From Candidatus Micrarchaeota archaeon (GTDB lineage: Archaea > Iainarchaeota > Iainarchaeia > JAADDC01): a stretch of DNA of 64,000 nt. Position numbers and translations under genes: made by a program. Numbering within the stretch: the first letter of the stretch is position 1; the number at the start of each line of letters is the position of its first letter. The stretch lies in assembly GCA_027046625.1 (NCBI GenBank), contig JALTXX010000003.1:1-64000 (forward strand), read 5' to 3'. A model generated the notes under the pieces. It had not been told where the DNA came from and made no database searches. It saw only the letters and a list, made by a program, of their open reading frames with translations. Positions 27,379 to 38,967 of the stretch are shown one piece after another.

Positions 27379-28088
27379 GATATGTAGTGCTGTTCAAAGG
27401 AAATGAGGAGATATTTGGAGAATTCTTTGAAGAGGAGCAGATTAGAGGCTTGGGAAGAGTATATGTGTACAGAGACGGTGTAGAGGTGGTATTTTTACCT
27501 AGTATAGAAGATATTAGATTCAGGGGAAAGGAATACGAGGAAAAAATCCTTGAATCCTTTGGAAAGGTAAGGGGGTTTATTGGCCTTGTGTATGGAGAAA
27601 GGGTTGAGATATACCCCCCTGGCAATCCTACCAACAAAAATCCTCTCCTTCATCCATCCTATACCCCTAGAACGCTGGCTCCTGCTGATGCAGATCTCTT
27701 AGGCAGTTTATTTCTTTCTATGAGAGCTGTTGGTATGGAAGTTGATATAGTGGCAGTTCACGACCCTCCCGTAACGGTAACTCAACCTTTTCACATAATA
27801 TCGCTCCCACCTTCTATGATAAAAAGTGTAATACCGCCTCTTCTGGCTGGCCTAAGAAAGAAAAAGATGTTTATACCCTATATGACGGTTTCTAAGGAAT
27901 ATAGGGCATCATATTTCTACTCTCTTCTAAAGAAACGATTTCTCCCTCTGTATCACATACCATACTATTGGAGACATTTTCTAGATGATTATTTGTTGGA
28001 GGAGGCTAGGAAAAAGGGAAGGGTTAGGGGTATACTATTAGAGAAGGGATTAGAGCTGCCAGGGGAACTTCCTCACAAGGAAGTGTGA
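27375..28088 (+). CDS. Degenerate D-aminoacyl-tRNA deacylase (DTD2/DtdA)-like protein
   Basis: EIYPPGN, LAPADA and VAVHDPP resemble DTD2 TVHxxGN, LAxADP and EATHHGP. Confidence 0.45.
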   Translation: MRYVVLFKGNEEIFGEFFEEEQIRGLGRVYVYRDGVEVVFLPSIEDIRFRGKEYEEKILESFGKVRGFIGLVYGERVEIYPPGNPTNKNPLLHPSYTPRTLAPADADLLGSLFLSMRAVGMEVDIVAVHDPPVTVTQPFHIISLPPSMIKSVIPPLLAGLRKKKMFIPYMTVSKEYRASYFYSLLKKRFLPLYHIPYYWRHFLDDYLLEEARKKGRVRGILLEKGLELPGELPHKEV

Positions 28089-29387
28089 CAGAAATTCTCT
28101 AAAATCATCATTTTTAGTAAGTTTTAATACTTCCATCCCCTCAATAACCTCAAAACCTCTTTTTAATCCTTCCAGTACCTCACCACCCACACTCTCATTC
28201 TCCACAATCTCCATAACAGAATCCATGACCTCCACAAGGAGAGACTTTTCTTCCTTCATGTAGAAGGAAACAAGTCTATCCTCCTCTACAAAAGGACCAA
28301 ATTCATCCTCCTTATGTATTTCTACGAATCTGTCAGCATGTTCTTTGTTATAGACTGGGGGGCCAATCCTTTTGTGTATAAACGCTGTGTATCTACCAAC
28401 TATTTCCCCTACGAATACTCCAATACCTTTTTCGTCCGTCCACACATCCCACTGTAGCATGATATTATTCTTTGCCCTCAAACTTCTATCCAATAATCTT
28501 CCAAACCTCTTTAGCTGGGCCCAAATGTTATCGGGGGGACCGTTGACCTTCATTACAACGGCTACTAGTCTGCTATTTCTTTTTAGTAGGATATTCCTTA
28601 TCTCTCGTGGAGACAGGAGCAATCTATTTGGAAAGAAAAACGACAGCGACGGTTCTTTGAGAAACGACCTAGAAGCTGTTATAAATATGGCTAGAGACTT
28701 CTTTGACACAGTGTGAGCTACATTTCTATAAGGATCCACGGGATCTACTACAATGAGGGGCCTCCTTTCCCTCACTCTTCCATTTCCCTCAATGTCTATG
28801 TACTCACCGTACTTCCAATGCGATGCCGCCCTTAAAACATCAAGAAAACTTCCATACTTTACTATAAGCAGCTCACAAAGATATCCTGAGAACCCCTCCA
28901 CTTTTACCTCCGCTCCATACACTCCTATACCCTTCATAAAGGCCTTTAGCAGCCTGACCTCATCCTTCTGATGGTTCTTAAGATGAGATTTTACATACTT
29001 GTTATGGAGGGGGGTTCTGTCCGTTGCTGAGATAGGTCTTTCACCCTCCTCTATTTTATAAGCAGGTACAATCTCCACGTCTCCTATCCTAATGTAAGGA
29101 TGTTGGGCATAGTTGACCTCTCCCCCCAGGAGGGAGGCTAACTTCTTGACCTCGGCCTCTATTTTTTCAAAGGGCACATCTTTTGGATAAAGGAGAAAGA
29201 TATCTATATCGGAGCTCCCTCTGAGATGGGTATCTCTTGCAAAGCTGCCAGCAGGGTACACATCCACAAAGGAAAACCCCTCTATTTGTTTTAGCTTTTC
29301 TTCGAAGAACCTCTGAATCTCTAATAGTTTCTTATTTTCCTCTTCGGTAGGCTTTATCCTTCTGAGAACCTCCTCAAGTATCTCCAC
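28050..29387 (-). CDS. cca: Archaeal (class I) CCA-adding enzyme
   Basis: GSFARDTHLRGSSDIDIF, DRTPLH, GFSGYLCELL, DPVDPYRNVA. Confidence 0.96.
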   Translation of the reverse strand: MEILEEVLRRIKPTEEENKKLLEIQRFFEEKLKQIEGFSFVDVYPAGSFARDTHLRGSSDIDIFLLYPKDVPFEKIEAEVKKLASLLGGEVNYAQHPYIRIGDVEIVPAYKIEEGERPISATDRTPLHNKYVKSHLKNHQKDEVRLLKAFMKGIGVYGAEVKVEGFSGYLCELLIVKYGSFLDVLRAASHWKYGEYIDIEGNGRVRERRPLIVVDPVDPYRNVAHTVSKKSLAIFITASRSFLKEPSLSFFFPNRLLLSPREIRNILLKRNSRLVAVVMKVNGPPDNIWAQLKRFGRLLDRSLRAKNNIMLQWDVWTDEKGIGVFVGEIVGRYTAFIHKRIGPPVYNKEHADRFVEIHKEDEFGPFVEEDRLVSFYMKEEKSLLVEVMDSVMEIVENESVGGEVLEGLKRGFEVIEGMEVLKLTKNDDFREFLSHFLVRKFPWQL

Positions 29388-29419
29388 GCTAATTTAAAGA
29401 GGTAACCCCATTTTAATAG

Positions 29420-30814
29420 GTGTTGGATCCCCTTCAATATCTTCGGATAGTAGGCAACGAATACCATATCCAACGTCCCCGCCTATCAGAGGAAGAACGA
29501 ACATTGCTGAACATCCTATCTATGCTTATTGAGGGAAGAACGTACCTTGAGGCGGTAAAAACATTACCCATCAGCCCAAGGGATGACTTCGAAGAACTTA
29601 TGAGGGATTTCTTGCGGGGAGTAGACCCTAATAAGTTATACTCTTTGGACGAGCTTTTAAGGATGGGGGAGGAGCTGTACGAAACACTCAAGGTATTGGG
29701 TGTAGACAATGAGTATATCTCCCTTTACAGTGTGTTTGACGCTATAGGTCTAGGAGAGGTAACATTCTATCTCTATGATGAAAAGGTGGAGGAGGTGATG
29801 GTGAACGGATACAGAAATCCTGTATTTGTGTACAGGGCTGCCATGGGAAGCCTGAGAACCAATGTGGTTCCAGGAGGTAGCTTGGATAGATGGGTTAAAA
29901 GATTGAGCGGAAGAAGCAGAGAGAAGATCATAGATACCTCCCTGGATGATATGAGGATCAGTATAGTAAGGGAGCCTCTATCAGATGAGGGACCAGCCAT
30001 AACTATAAGAAAGCATAGAAAGGTACTTCTAGATCTTGTAGAGCTTATGAGAAGAAACACCATAACTCCAGAGTTAGTATCCTATCTGTGGCTCCTTCTT
30101 GAAGGGTTGGAGGTGTCCCCCTTCAATATGATAGTGGCCGGCAACACAGGTGGCGGTAAAACCACTACGCTAAACGCACTGTTATATCTTGTTCCTCTTG
30201 ATGAGCGGATCGTTGTGATAGAGGACACCAGAGAAATTGTGGTACCCCACCCCAACAGGGTTTACCTTACAACAGAAGGAACAGACAATAGCTTAATGGA
30301 CCTCCTTATAGCCTCTCTTCGTATGAGACCAGACAGAATTGTGGTGGGTGAGGTGAGGGGTAAGGAGGCAGTCACCCTATTGGCTGCTATGAACGTGGGC
30401 CATAGGGCCATGGGAACCATACATGCAAACTCCGCAGCTGATACACTAAACAGGCTTGAGAATCCCCCTATGAATGTCCCTGAGAGTATGTTAGGCGCTC
30501 TTAACCTCGTGGTGGTTCAGCATCGTATAAGAACTCCAAGGGGAACCATAAGAAGAGTTACAGAGGTGGCAGAGCTGTACAACATAGGAGACAGAATAAA
30601 TATGGGTGTAACCTTTTCATGGAACCCGGACACTGATAAAATAGAGAGGACAACCATACCCTCTCACCTAATAGACAAGATGGCAGAATATACACACATT
30701 CCAAAGAAGCGGCTGTTGGAGGAACTAGAAAGAAGAGAATCCTTCCTTGATGGGGTTGTTAAAAGAAATGGCAAGCCTGAAGATATACTAAGGTATCAGG
30801 GTGACATTGTATGA
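29420..30814 (+). CDS. Second CpaF/VirB11-family ATPase
   Basis: GNTGGGKTT, IEDTRE, LRMRPDRIVVGEVRG, GTIHANS. Confidence 0.9.
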   Translation: MLDPLQYLRIVGNEYHIQRPRLSEEERTLLNILSMLIEGRTYLEAVKTLPISPRDDFEELMRDFLRGVDPNKLYSLDELLRMGEELYETLKVLGVDNEYISLYSVFDAIGLGEVTFYLYDEKVEEVMVNGYRNPVFVYRAAMGSLRTNVVPGGSLDRWVKRLSGRSREKIIDTSLDDMRISIVREPLSDEGPAITIRKHRKVLLDLVELMRRNTITPELVSYLWLLLEGLEVSPFNMIVAGNTGGGKTTTLNALLYLVPLDERIVVIEDTREIVVPHPNRVYLTTEGTDNSLMDLLIASLRMRPDRIVVGEVRGKEAVTLLAAMNVGHRAMGTIHANSAADTLNRLENPPMNVPESMLGALNLVVVQHRIRTPRGTIRRVTEVAELYNIGDRINMGVTFSWNPDTDKIERTTIPSHLIDKMAEYTHIPKKRLLEELERRESFLDGVVKRNGKPEDILRYQGDIV

Positions 30815-31179
30815 TAAAAATAAAAGTGTATGCACGTTTGAATCCTACAGAGGACGAAGAAAAGGTAATTAATGCCATAAAAAACATTTTTCCCACCCTA
30901 AAGGTGGAGAAAAGAGGAGATGTGATAGTAGGAGAAGGGGAAGGGGAAGAAGCTTTAAGCAGGTTTATACATATTATTGGAAGGGAAGAGGTGGCTGCCA
31001 GAACCCTTAACCTCCTTAAGTCAAGGAGGAGGGGTAACAGGATAACCTTCCCCCTTGACAGGGAGGTGGCCCTCGTAGAGAGAATATCTTTCGGTGAGGA
31101 AAGTGAGTTGGGTCCTATCTGGGTGGAAATTGAGGGCGACGTGGATACTGTTATTGATAGGGTTGCTTCCCTTCTCTGA
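30811..31179 (+). CDS. UPF0201/DUF54 putative RNA-binding protein
   Basis: PTEDEEKVINAIKNIFP..LGPIWVEI. Confidence 0.85.
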   Translation: MIKIKVYARLNPTEDEEKVINAIKNIFPTLKVEKRGDVIVGEGEGEEALSRFIHIIGREEVAARTLNLLKSRRRGNRITFPLDREVALVERISFGEESELGPIWVEIEGDVDTVIDRVASLL

Positions 31180-31846
31180 GGCTGCTACCCAAATGTACTA
31201 CCCATTAGCCCTTGTACTAAAGGACGGAGATACCATATACATTGGAAAGGTGGGACCCCAGCATGTGGTGAGGATTATTCTAAACGGAGAAGATCCTGTT
31301 CCTATTCTTGAGGTAAACACGAACCTTCCATCCATTGTAAGTAGTTCCTCTGGCAGAATATGGATAGACTTCAATGCTCCCTCGAAAGAAGGGCCGTTTA
31401 CCTTCTGTATGGATGTGAAAAAAACCAAGGGCTTGGAAACCCACTGCCTAGCCTTTGATGTGGATAAGAATGTTATTGAGGTGAGAACGTCCGACGTGAG
31501 GGGAAGGGAGTTTGAATATTCCTCCCTTAAGGCTGTGCTGCGAAACAAGGGAAATGGTATCGCGCGTGTAGATGTGTACTGTGATTTGTGCAACAAAAGA
31601 AGTGTTACTTTGTATCCTCATGAGATAAAGGAAGTTGTTTTAGATGTAAGAATGCCAGTTGCAGGTAGTTATACTGTAAAATTATATGTAAACGATGGAT
31701 TGAATGCCTCAGAAGCTTTCTTTAGGATCCTCTCCACCCCCACGGTAGAGGGACGTCTGTTTACTTCCAAATTATACCCAGATCTTCTACACCCTCTTCT
31801 CTATCCTATAAAGGTGATGTGGAGGTTGTTGGTATGGAAGATGTGA
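31094..31846 (+). CDS. Hypothetical secreted Ig-like protein
   Basis: Signal-peptide-like N-terminus, beta-rich body; exact start uncertain. Confidence 0.6.
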   Translation: MRKVSWVLSGWKLRATWILLLIGLLPFSEAATQMYYPLALVLKDGDTIYIGKVGPQHVVRIILNGEDPVPILEVNTNLPSIVSSSSGRIWIDFNAPSKEGPFTFCMDVKKTKGLETHCLAFDVDKNVIEVRTSDVRGREFEYSSLKAVLRNKGNGIARVDVYCDLCNKRSVTLYPHEIKEVVLDVRMPVAGSYTVKLYVNDGLNASEAFFRILSTPTVEGRLFTSKLYPDLLHPLLYPIKVMWRLLVWKM

Positions 31847-32121
31847 TGACATTCCTTGAGTACCCTTGGGTAAAGAAGGCAGCCCGCTCCAAGTATATGG
31901 CTGACCTGATAAAGTTTTTATCCACGGGTAGAAAGGTATCTTCTATACTTGCGAAGTTCCATGAATTGCCTGAGGAGTATGTTTTGGGGGCTCTCGAAGC
32001 CCTCGAGAGTTTAGGTGTAATAAAGAGTATTGATGTGAGAGGAGAGAAGTACTACGTTCTCACCTCAAAGGGAAGAATTATAAACTCCTTTATACAGGAG
32101 CTCAGACGGCGTAGAATCTGA
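31819..32121 (+). CDS. Small winged-helix protein
   Basis: LEALESLGVI..YYVLTSKG wHTH pattern. Confidence 0.7.
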   Translation: MEVVGMEDVMTFLEYPWVKKAARSKYMADLIKFLSTGRKVSSILAKFHELPEEYVLGALEALESLGVIKSIDVRGEKYYVLTSKGRIINSFIQELRRRRI

Positions 32122-33076
32122 TGCCTACCATTCCTCCCAACTTCTTAATGATTTCTGAGCCCTGAAAGTCATCTTTCACAATATAAACATCTCCTCCACT
32201 ATCTTTTACCTCTCTAAGTAGTGTTAGAGCGTCCTTTACCTTTTCTTCATGCACTAATAATACTTTTAGGTTTCCAATATCCTCCGTAGGGTGGAGAGAC
32301 GCCAGTCCATCCTCCTTTGAGAGGTGCATAAGGAACTCGTCTATAATGCTTTCCACCTTTTGTCTCCTCAGGGCTTCCAGTATTTTAGGGGCCCTCTTTC
32401 CTATGATATCTCTTAGCCCTTTTTCCCCTTCAAGAGGTGTAACTACAAAATAAACCTTTTTATCCTTTGGAATAAGTTGCTTTACTTCGTCCAGTATGAT
32501 TTTTGGCCCGCCTACAATATTCAGCTCTCCCATTTCCTTTACAACCTCTCCAAGAAAGGGACGTAAACTATCCTCAGACCCCCTTCTTATTCTTTTTACT
32601 GGACCAAGCCTCCTCTTGTACTCCGATACTAGGGCTTCCTCATCGCTTATAAGGATAAGAGTAACGGGAGGAAGCCTTGATTCTTCTTCATACTCCTTTG
32701 CATACTCAAGGAATGTCTCATTCCACTCATTTTTTTCTATCTCTATCTCCTGCCCTGGTAATATTGTGATAGATTGGTGTTTTCCTCTCCCCGTAACATC
32801 TTCCGGTCCCTCTAATAGTATGCCCTTTACCTTAAGATGGGAACCTCTTACTTCTGCGTCTTCCACCTCTATAGTACCCCTGAACCTTACCACTCTTCCG
32901 CTACCTCGCTCGTCTTCCCTCTTTACTCTTCTCTCTATAACACCTCTTACCCTGTCGCCCCTCTCAAGAAAGCTACCTATGAGCCATAGGTCCTCTGGAT
33001 CCTCTGGAATGATTCTGAGTTTCTTTTCCTTTCTGCTGAACCAAAGTACTTTCATGTTTTTAAACATGTTGAGCAC
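32102..33076 (-). CDS. pelA: Pelota/Dom34 ribosome rescue factor
   Basis: PEDPEDLW..GDRV, GKHQSITI, C-terminal LGGMVGIRF. Confidence 0.88.
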   Translation of the reverse strand: MLNMFKNMKVLWFSRKEKKLRIIPEDPEDLWLIGSFLERGDRVRGVIERRVKREDERGSGRVVRFRGTIEVEDAEVRGSHLKVKGILLEGPEDVTGRGKHQSITILPGQEIEIEKNEWNETFLEYAKEYEEESRLPPVTLILISDEEALVSEYKRRLGPVKRIRRGSEDSLRPFLGEVVKEMGELNIVGGPKIILDEVKQLIPKDKKVYFVVTPLEGEKGLRDIIGKRAPKILEALRRQKVESIIDEFLMHLSKEDGLASLHPTEDIGNLKVLLVHEEKVKDALTLLREVKDSGGDVYIVKDDFQGSEIIKKLGGMVGIRFYAV

Positions 33077-33087
33077 ATTTTAAAGGG

Positions 33088-33279
33088 ATGGAGAAGGATG
33101 TAATACTATCCTTCCTTATAGGTGTTGTATTGGTGGCAATATCCATAGTTTGGAAGCTTTCAGAGGTGGGTAACCCTCTGACTGCGGCGGTAGAGCTGAT
33201 ACTGGAAGGTATACGCTCCCTATTCCTTGGAGTAGGATTGTTATTTTTGCTGGCGGCTCTTCTTATGATGAGGGAATGA
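33088..33279 (+). CDS. Small two-TM membrane protein
   Basis: 63 aa, two hydrophobic helices. Confidence 0.6.
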   Translation: MEKDVILSFLIGVVLVAISIVWKLSEVGNPLTAAVELILEGIRSLFLGVGLLFLLAALLMMRE

Positions 33280-33283
33280 TAGA

Positions 33284-34978
33284 ATGAGGGTAGCAGTAAT
33301 AGACTACAAAAAGTGTAGACCAGACAAGTGCGGTTTTCTTTGTGCAAGTGTGTGTCCTGTAAACAAAACAGGGGAAGAGCCGGTAATATACATGGAAGAG
33401 GGAAGTGTAAGAATATCGGAAGAGCTTTGTATAGGGTGTGCCATATGCATTAAGAAGTGCCCCTTTGACGCCATCACCATCATAAACCTCCCAGAGGAAT
33501 ACGGTACGCCAGTCCATCAATATGGGCCCAATATGTTTAGACTGTACGGACTTCCATATCCAAAGGAAGGTATTGTGGGTATTGTAGGAAGAAACGGCAT
33601 AGGCAAGACCACAGCCCTAAGAATACTCTCTGGTAATCTCATTCCTAATCTTGGCAACTTTATGAAACCTCCATCGTACGACGATGTAATAAACTTTTTC
33701 AAGGGAACAGAGTTGCAAGGGTATTTTTCCCTGCTAAAGGAGGGAAAAATACGCCTAATATACAAGATACAGGCTGTTGATGTTATAAGAAAGACTCTTA
33801 AAGGGCCTGTAAAAAACCATTTGACAGAAAGAGGGCAAATAATTCTTTCTGAGATGGGAGGGGAATACATTCTTGAAAAGGAGATATCTACCCTTTCCGG
33901 GGGAGAATTGCAGAAAGTGGCCATAGCGGCAGCTCTCTCAAGGGAGGGGGATGTATACTTCTTTGATGAACCATCCTCTTTTCTTGATATAGGGGAGAGA
34001 ATACGTATAACCCGCACTATAAGAACCATTTTGGAGGGAAAGCGTGTAATGGTGGTAGAACATGATCTGGCGGTGCTGGATTACCTTAGTGATTATATTT
34101 TTGTGGTATACGGAGAGCCTGGAGTGTATGGTAGGTTTTCCGGCATAAAAGGGGTAAATGAGGGTATAAACCAGTTTCTTACAGGATTCTTAAAGGAGGA
34201 AAATATTAGAATAAGAGATAAAGAAATAATATTTGAAAAAAGGGCCCTATCTTCTAAGGAGCCGTCCAAACCTTTCCTTGATTATCCCTCCTTTTCTGCT
34301 AAAAAGGGTGATTTTTCCCTTGATGTGGAGGGAGGAACCCTCTATGAGGGGGAGGTGGTGGGTATTGTAGGAAGAAACGGCATAGGAAAAACCACCTTCG
34401 TGGAAGAGCTTTCAAGGCGATTGGATGTGAAGGTAAGCTATAAACCCCAATATATAGAGCTTCCTTCTAAACCTGTGGCATCTCTACTTGAGATAAATGA
34501 GGATACATCTAGAGAGATTCTGAAACCCTTGGAGGTGGATAAGTTGTTGGAGGCGGATGCCTCTGTTTTATCTGGAGGAGAGATGCAGAGAGTAGCTGTG
34601 GCTGCAGCTCTCTCCCGCGAGGCGGATATATATTTGCTGGATGAGCCTAGTGCCTATCTCGATGTGGAACAAAGGGTGAGATTATCTAAGGTTATAAATA
34701 GGATTATTTCTCAGAGAAAGGCTGTTGCCATGGTGGTAGACCATGATTTGGCCTTTGTAGATTATATATCTGATAGAATAATTGTATTTTCCGGAGAACC
34801 TGGCAAACGAGGGATTGCCTCTCCTCCTATGGATAAGAGAAGGGGTATGAACGCTTTATTGAAGGAGCTTGATATAACCTTTAGGAGGGACCCCCAGACG
34901 GGAAGACCAAGGATAAACAAACCTGGATCCCAAAAGGATAGGGAACAGAAGAAAAGAGGGGAATACTACTATGAGTAA
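33284..34978 (+). CDS. ABCE1/RLI ribosome recycling ATPase
   Basis: N-terminal Fe-S Cys motifs, two NBDs (GRNGIGKTT, LSGGE), TFRRDPQTGRPRINK. Confidence 0.97.
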   Translation: MRVAVIDYKKCRPDKCGFLCASVCPVNKTGEEPVIYMEEGSVRISEELCIGCAICIKKCPFDAITIINLPEEYGTPVHQYGPNMFRLYGLPYPKEGIVGIVGRNGIGKTTALRILSGNLIPNLGNFMKPPSYDDVINFFKGTELQGYFSLLKEGKIRLIYKIQAVDVIRKTLKGPVKNHLTERGQIILSEMGGEYILEKEISTLSGGELQKVAIAAALSREGDVYFFDEPSSFLDIGERIRITRTIRTILEGKRVMVVEHDLAVLDYLSDYIFVVYGEPGVYGRFSGIKGVNEGINQFLTGFLKEENIRIRDKEIIFEKRALSSKEPSKPFLDYPSFSAKKGDFSLDVEGGTLYEGEVVGIVGRNGIGKTTFVEELSRRLDVKVSYKPQYIELPSKPVASLLEINEDTSREILKPLEVDKLLEADASVLSGGEMQRVAVAAALSREADIYLLDEPSAYLDVEQRVRLSKVINRIISQRKAVAMVVDHDLAFVDYISDRIIVFSGEPGKRGIASPPMDKRRGMNALLKELDITFRRDPQTGRPRINKPGSQKDREQKKRGEYYYE

Positions 34979-35904
34979 TACACTAAAGTGGGTATAATAA
35001 GAAATCCAAACAATGCAGAGGGAGGATCCTCCTTTGATATAAGAATGGCAGCTACGGACAGTATAAGCAACAAAAGGTTAGGAATGCCGCTCCAAACCGC
35101 GTGAGCTATTAGTACTCCGATGGTAACCTCTTTTGGGAGAGAAGGGATCTCCGCGATGTTAAAGAGGGATAGCACAAGTATAAGAGCTACAATATACGAC
35201 AATCCTACAAGGATAATTATCTCTGGATAGGGATAACTTATAAAGGCAGACATAGCACTTCGTGTCTTACCATATAGCAGTGCTACTAGTGAGAATATGG
35301 GAGCAACGGCAGCTCCTACCCCTATACTGCCTCCTCTAAGTAGGGAAGCCCATAACGAAGGAGGAAGAGCGGGCACGTAACCGGTTAGAAATCCTGAGAG
35401 CACACCTCTTACTGTGTCCTCTTTTCTTTCCAGAGGAAAGGGTTGAAGAATAGCCTTGGATGCAAAAAGATAGAAGAGCCCGCTTGCGAGGGGTGCATAC
35501 ACATCTACGGACATCCTTAGAGCTATAACACCTAGTATTCCAGACAATAAGAAGGAAGGATACTTCATAAGGGGAAGGGACATAAGGAAGAGAATAAGAA
35601 AAACCAGAGAAAATGGAATTTCAACACTGTATAGAACTAATGCAAGAGGGATAAGAAGGATAGCTAGGATAACACCCTTCAGAACCTCTACAAGAGCAAC
35701 TCCTTTACCTCCTGCGGTGTCCGGGTGGTATATGTGATGTTTGGAGAGGTATATGGCGGCTCCTGTAAAGCTCCCGTATAGCACCCCTAAAAGGAAAGGT
35801 TCCTTCCACCCCAGTAGCATAGGATGTAAGCCAGGTATGAGAGCCAGTAGAATTCCCTCTATTATACTGTTAAGCGTCTGAAAGGATAACAAGCTCTTTT
35901 TCAC
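34969..35904 (-). CDS. TctA/DUF112-like membrane protein
   Basis: LIPGLHP, GYVPALPPS and GKTRSA motifs; hydrophobic. Confidence 0.55.
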   Translation of the reverse strand: MKKSLLSFQTLNSIIEGILLALIPGLHPMLLGWKEPFLLGVLYGSFTGAAIYLSKHHIYHPDTAGGKGVALVEVLKGVILAILLIPLALVLYSVEIPFSLVFLILFLMSLPLMKYPSFLLSGILGVIALRMSVDVYAPLASGLFYLFASKAILQPFPLERKEDTVRGVLSGFLTGYVPALPPSLWASLLRGGSIGVGAAVAPIFSLVALLYGKTRSAMSAFISYPYPEIIILVGLSYIVALILVLSLFNIAEIPSLPKEVTIGVLIAHAVWSGIPNLLLLILSVAAILISKEDPPSALFGFLIIPTLVYYS

Positions 35905-36160
35905 CTCTGTACATCTCTAATCTACCATACACGCATCTATATCCTGATATGCATTGTCCATAGAAGGATACACCCTTTATTTCGCCACTTTCATCCAAAA
36001 TCCTATATAAACACCCTTTTTCCAAAGCTTTTACAGGCAAAAAGGTGGCGCAAACCTTGTATAATCTTCCAAAATCTTTCAAATCCTCTATACTGCTTTC
36101 TACAGGTTCTATTAGTGAGAGAAGAAGTAAGGCAATGAGGAACACACCCCACCTCCACAC
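35870..36160 (-). CDS. Small membrane-anchored OB-fold protein
   Basis: N-terminal TM, then LDESGEI..VYGRLEMYRGEKEL. Confidence 0.6.
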   Translation of the reverse strand: MWRWGVFLIALLLLSLIEPVESSIEDLKDFGRLYKVCATFLPVKALEKGCLYRILDESGEIKGVSFYGQCISGYRCVYGRLEMYRGEKELVILSDA

Positions 36161-36987
36161 ACAATAAAAAGGGCCAAACTACATATAACACCCAGTGTGA
36201 TGAAGGGTATGAAAGGGATGGAAAGATGAGCCCTTATACTATTTATTCCCATCTCCTTCAACCTCTTCACATCTTCCTCTGTCAGCCCATCCGCTCCTAT
36301 GTTATGGACAGGAAGGATTTCACCTTTCTGAATCTTTAATAGTGTATTAATGTTTAGATCATACCTTTTACCCTCCTTATCTATTACTTCTGCTGGTATA
36401 ACCCCCTCTTTAACTGTTTCCTCGTACCTAAGAAGCTTTTTTATCCTAAGGAGATAAATAACTGCAGAAAGCAGAACTATGGCAAGAAAGAAGTTCAGAT
36501 TAAAGCTAACTACTCCAAGGGGAAGAAACAGCAAGTAATACCTCTCTGGCAGAAACACCCATGCCAGTATTCCAAGAAAAGGATGTATGGAGAAGGGAAT
36601 GGCGAGAAGCACAGATTTCTTCATGTGACTTAACAGCTCATGACTTTTCTTTCTCAACACAACAAACATACCGTACAGCCCAGACAGTAATATGGCAAAA
36701 GTAAGAGAAAGAAGGGATATCGGCACTCCAAACAATGTATAGGGTATTCCAGCTCCGATAATAAGAAGTATCCATACATCTCCCAGCGCAAATGCGCCCA
36801 TAGCATAGAGTAGTACCGCTATAGCGGCTGTAACAATCAGACTATATAGGAATGTTTCGTGGGAAACACCAAGAAGCACAGCCACCCCATAGGAAATGTA
36901 TACCAGCTCATCCGGAATTTCCCGTTTCTTTATATCCTCCAAAGAGAAATAAAAGAGAAGAGGTAACAATATCAAAACTTCCCACAT
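36112..36987 (-). CDS. A24 prepilin peptidase (PibD/EppA-like)
   Basis: DIKKREIPD, ALGD (GxGD-like), IPFIPFI. Confidence 0.85.
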   Translation of the reverse strand: MWEVLILLPLLFYFSLEDIKKREIPDELVYISYGVAVLLGVSHETFLYSLIVTAAIAVLLYAMGAFALGDVWILLIIGAGIPYTLFGVPISLLSLTFAILLSGLYGMFVVLRKKSHELLSHMKKSVLLAIPFSIHPFLGILAWVFLPERYYLLFLPLGVVSFNLNFFLAIVLLSAVIYLLRIKKLLRYEETVKEGVIPAEVIDKEGKRYDLNINTLLKIQKGEILPVHNIGADGLTEEDVKRLKEMGINSIRAHLSIPFIPFITLGVICSLALFIVCGGGVCSSLPYFFSH

Positions 36988-37008
36988 ATCACTCCCCGAA
37001 TAGAAAAA

Positions 37009-37197
37009 CTATCCGCCAAGTTGGTTTAGCTGCTGATTTATCTCTTTTTGTAGTGTAGATGTAGTTTGTTGAATAGATTGACCTGCTGTGGTGGCACCCT
37101 GCTGCCCTGCCTGGAGCAGACTGTTGGCCAATATTAGTACAACTATAATTACTCCACCCAGCAGCAACATGTACTCAAATGTACCCTGGCTTCTCAT
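37009..37197 (-). CDS. Class III signal peptide pilin (candidate major pilin)
   Basis: MRSQGTFEYMLLLGGVIIVV; GGTGA SD; directly upstream of the prepilin peptidase. Confidence 0.85.
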   Translation of the reverse strand: MRSQGTFEYMLLLGGVIIVVLILANSLLQAGQQGATTAGQSIQQTTSTLQKEINQQLNQLGG

Positions 37198-37270
37198 ATC
37201 TATCACCGCTCTAATAATGCATTTCCCCTTTATTAAGTTTTCTATCACCTTCGCCGCTTACCTAAGTTGG

Positions 37271-37304
37271 TGACGCGGGCAGCCATTGGAGCGACCGGAG
37301 AACC
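37271..37304 (-). other. 3' strand of the 16S bulge-helix-bulge processing stem
   Basis: GGUUCUCCGGUC-GCUC-CAA-UGGCUGCCCGCGUCA pairs with 38903-38936. Confidence 0.9.
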
Positions 37305-37327
37305 TCCCTCTGGTTCTGACCTCCCAG

Positions 37328-38828
<1,501 letters not shown>

Positions 38829-38902
38829 TGGCCGCAAGGCCGGCGGGGTTCCGCCGTACCTTGCTTCATCGGTTTCCCTCTGAGTCAAGCCAGGTGGTCA
38901 TC

Positions 38903-38936
38903 GGTTCTCCGGCCTTTGCTCTGGCTGCCCGCGTCA
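38903..38936 (-). other. 5' strand of the 16S bulge-helix-bulge processing stem
   Basis: UGACGCGGGCAGCCA-GAGC-AAA-GGCCGGAGAACC. Confidence 0.9.
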
Positions 38937-38967
38937 GACCCGAGAAATATGAGCTCGGATCCCCATG

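Noticed and set aside
38880-38905. C-box-like CGAUGA plus CCACCUGGC in the 16S leader as a methylation guide
   Set aside because: No convincing D/D' boxes; the segment is explained by pairing with the 3' trailer and by K-turn-like motifs.
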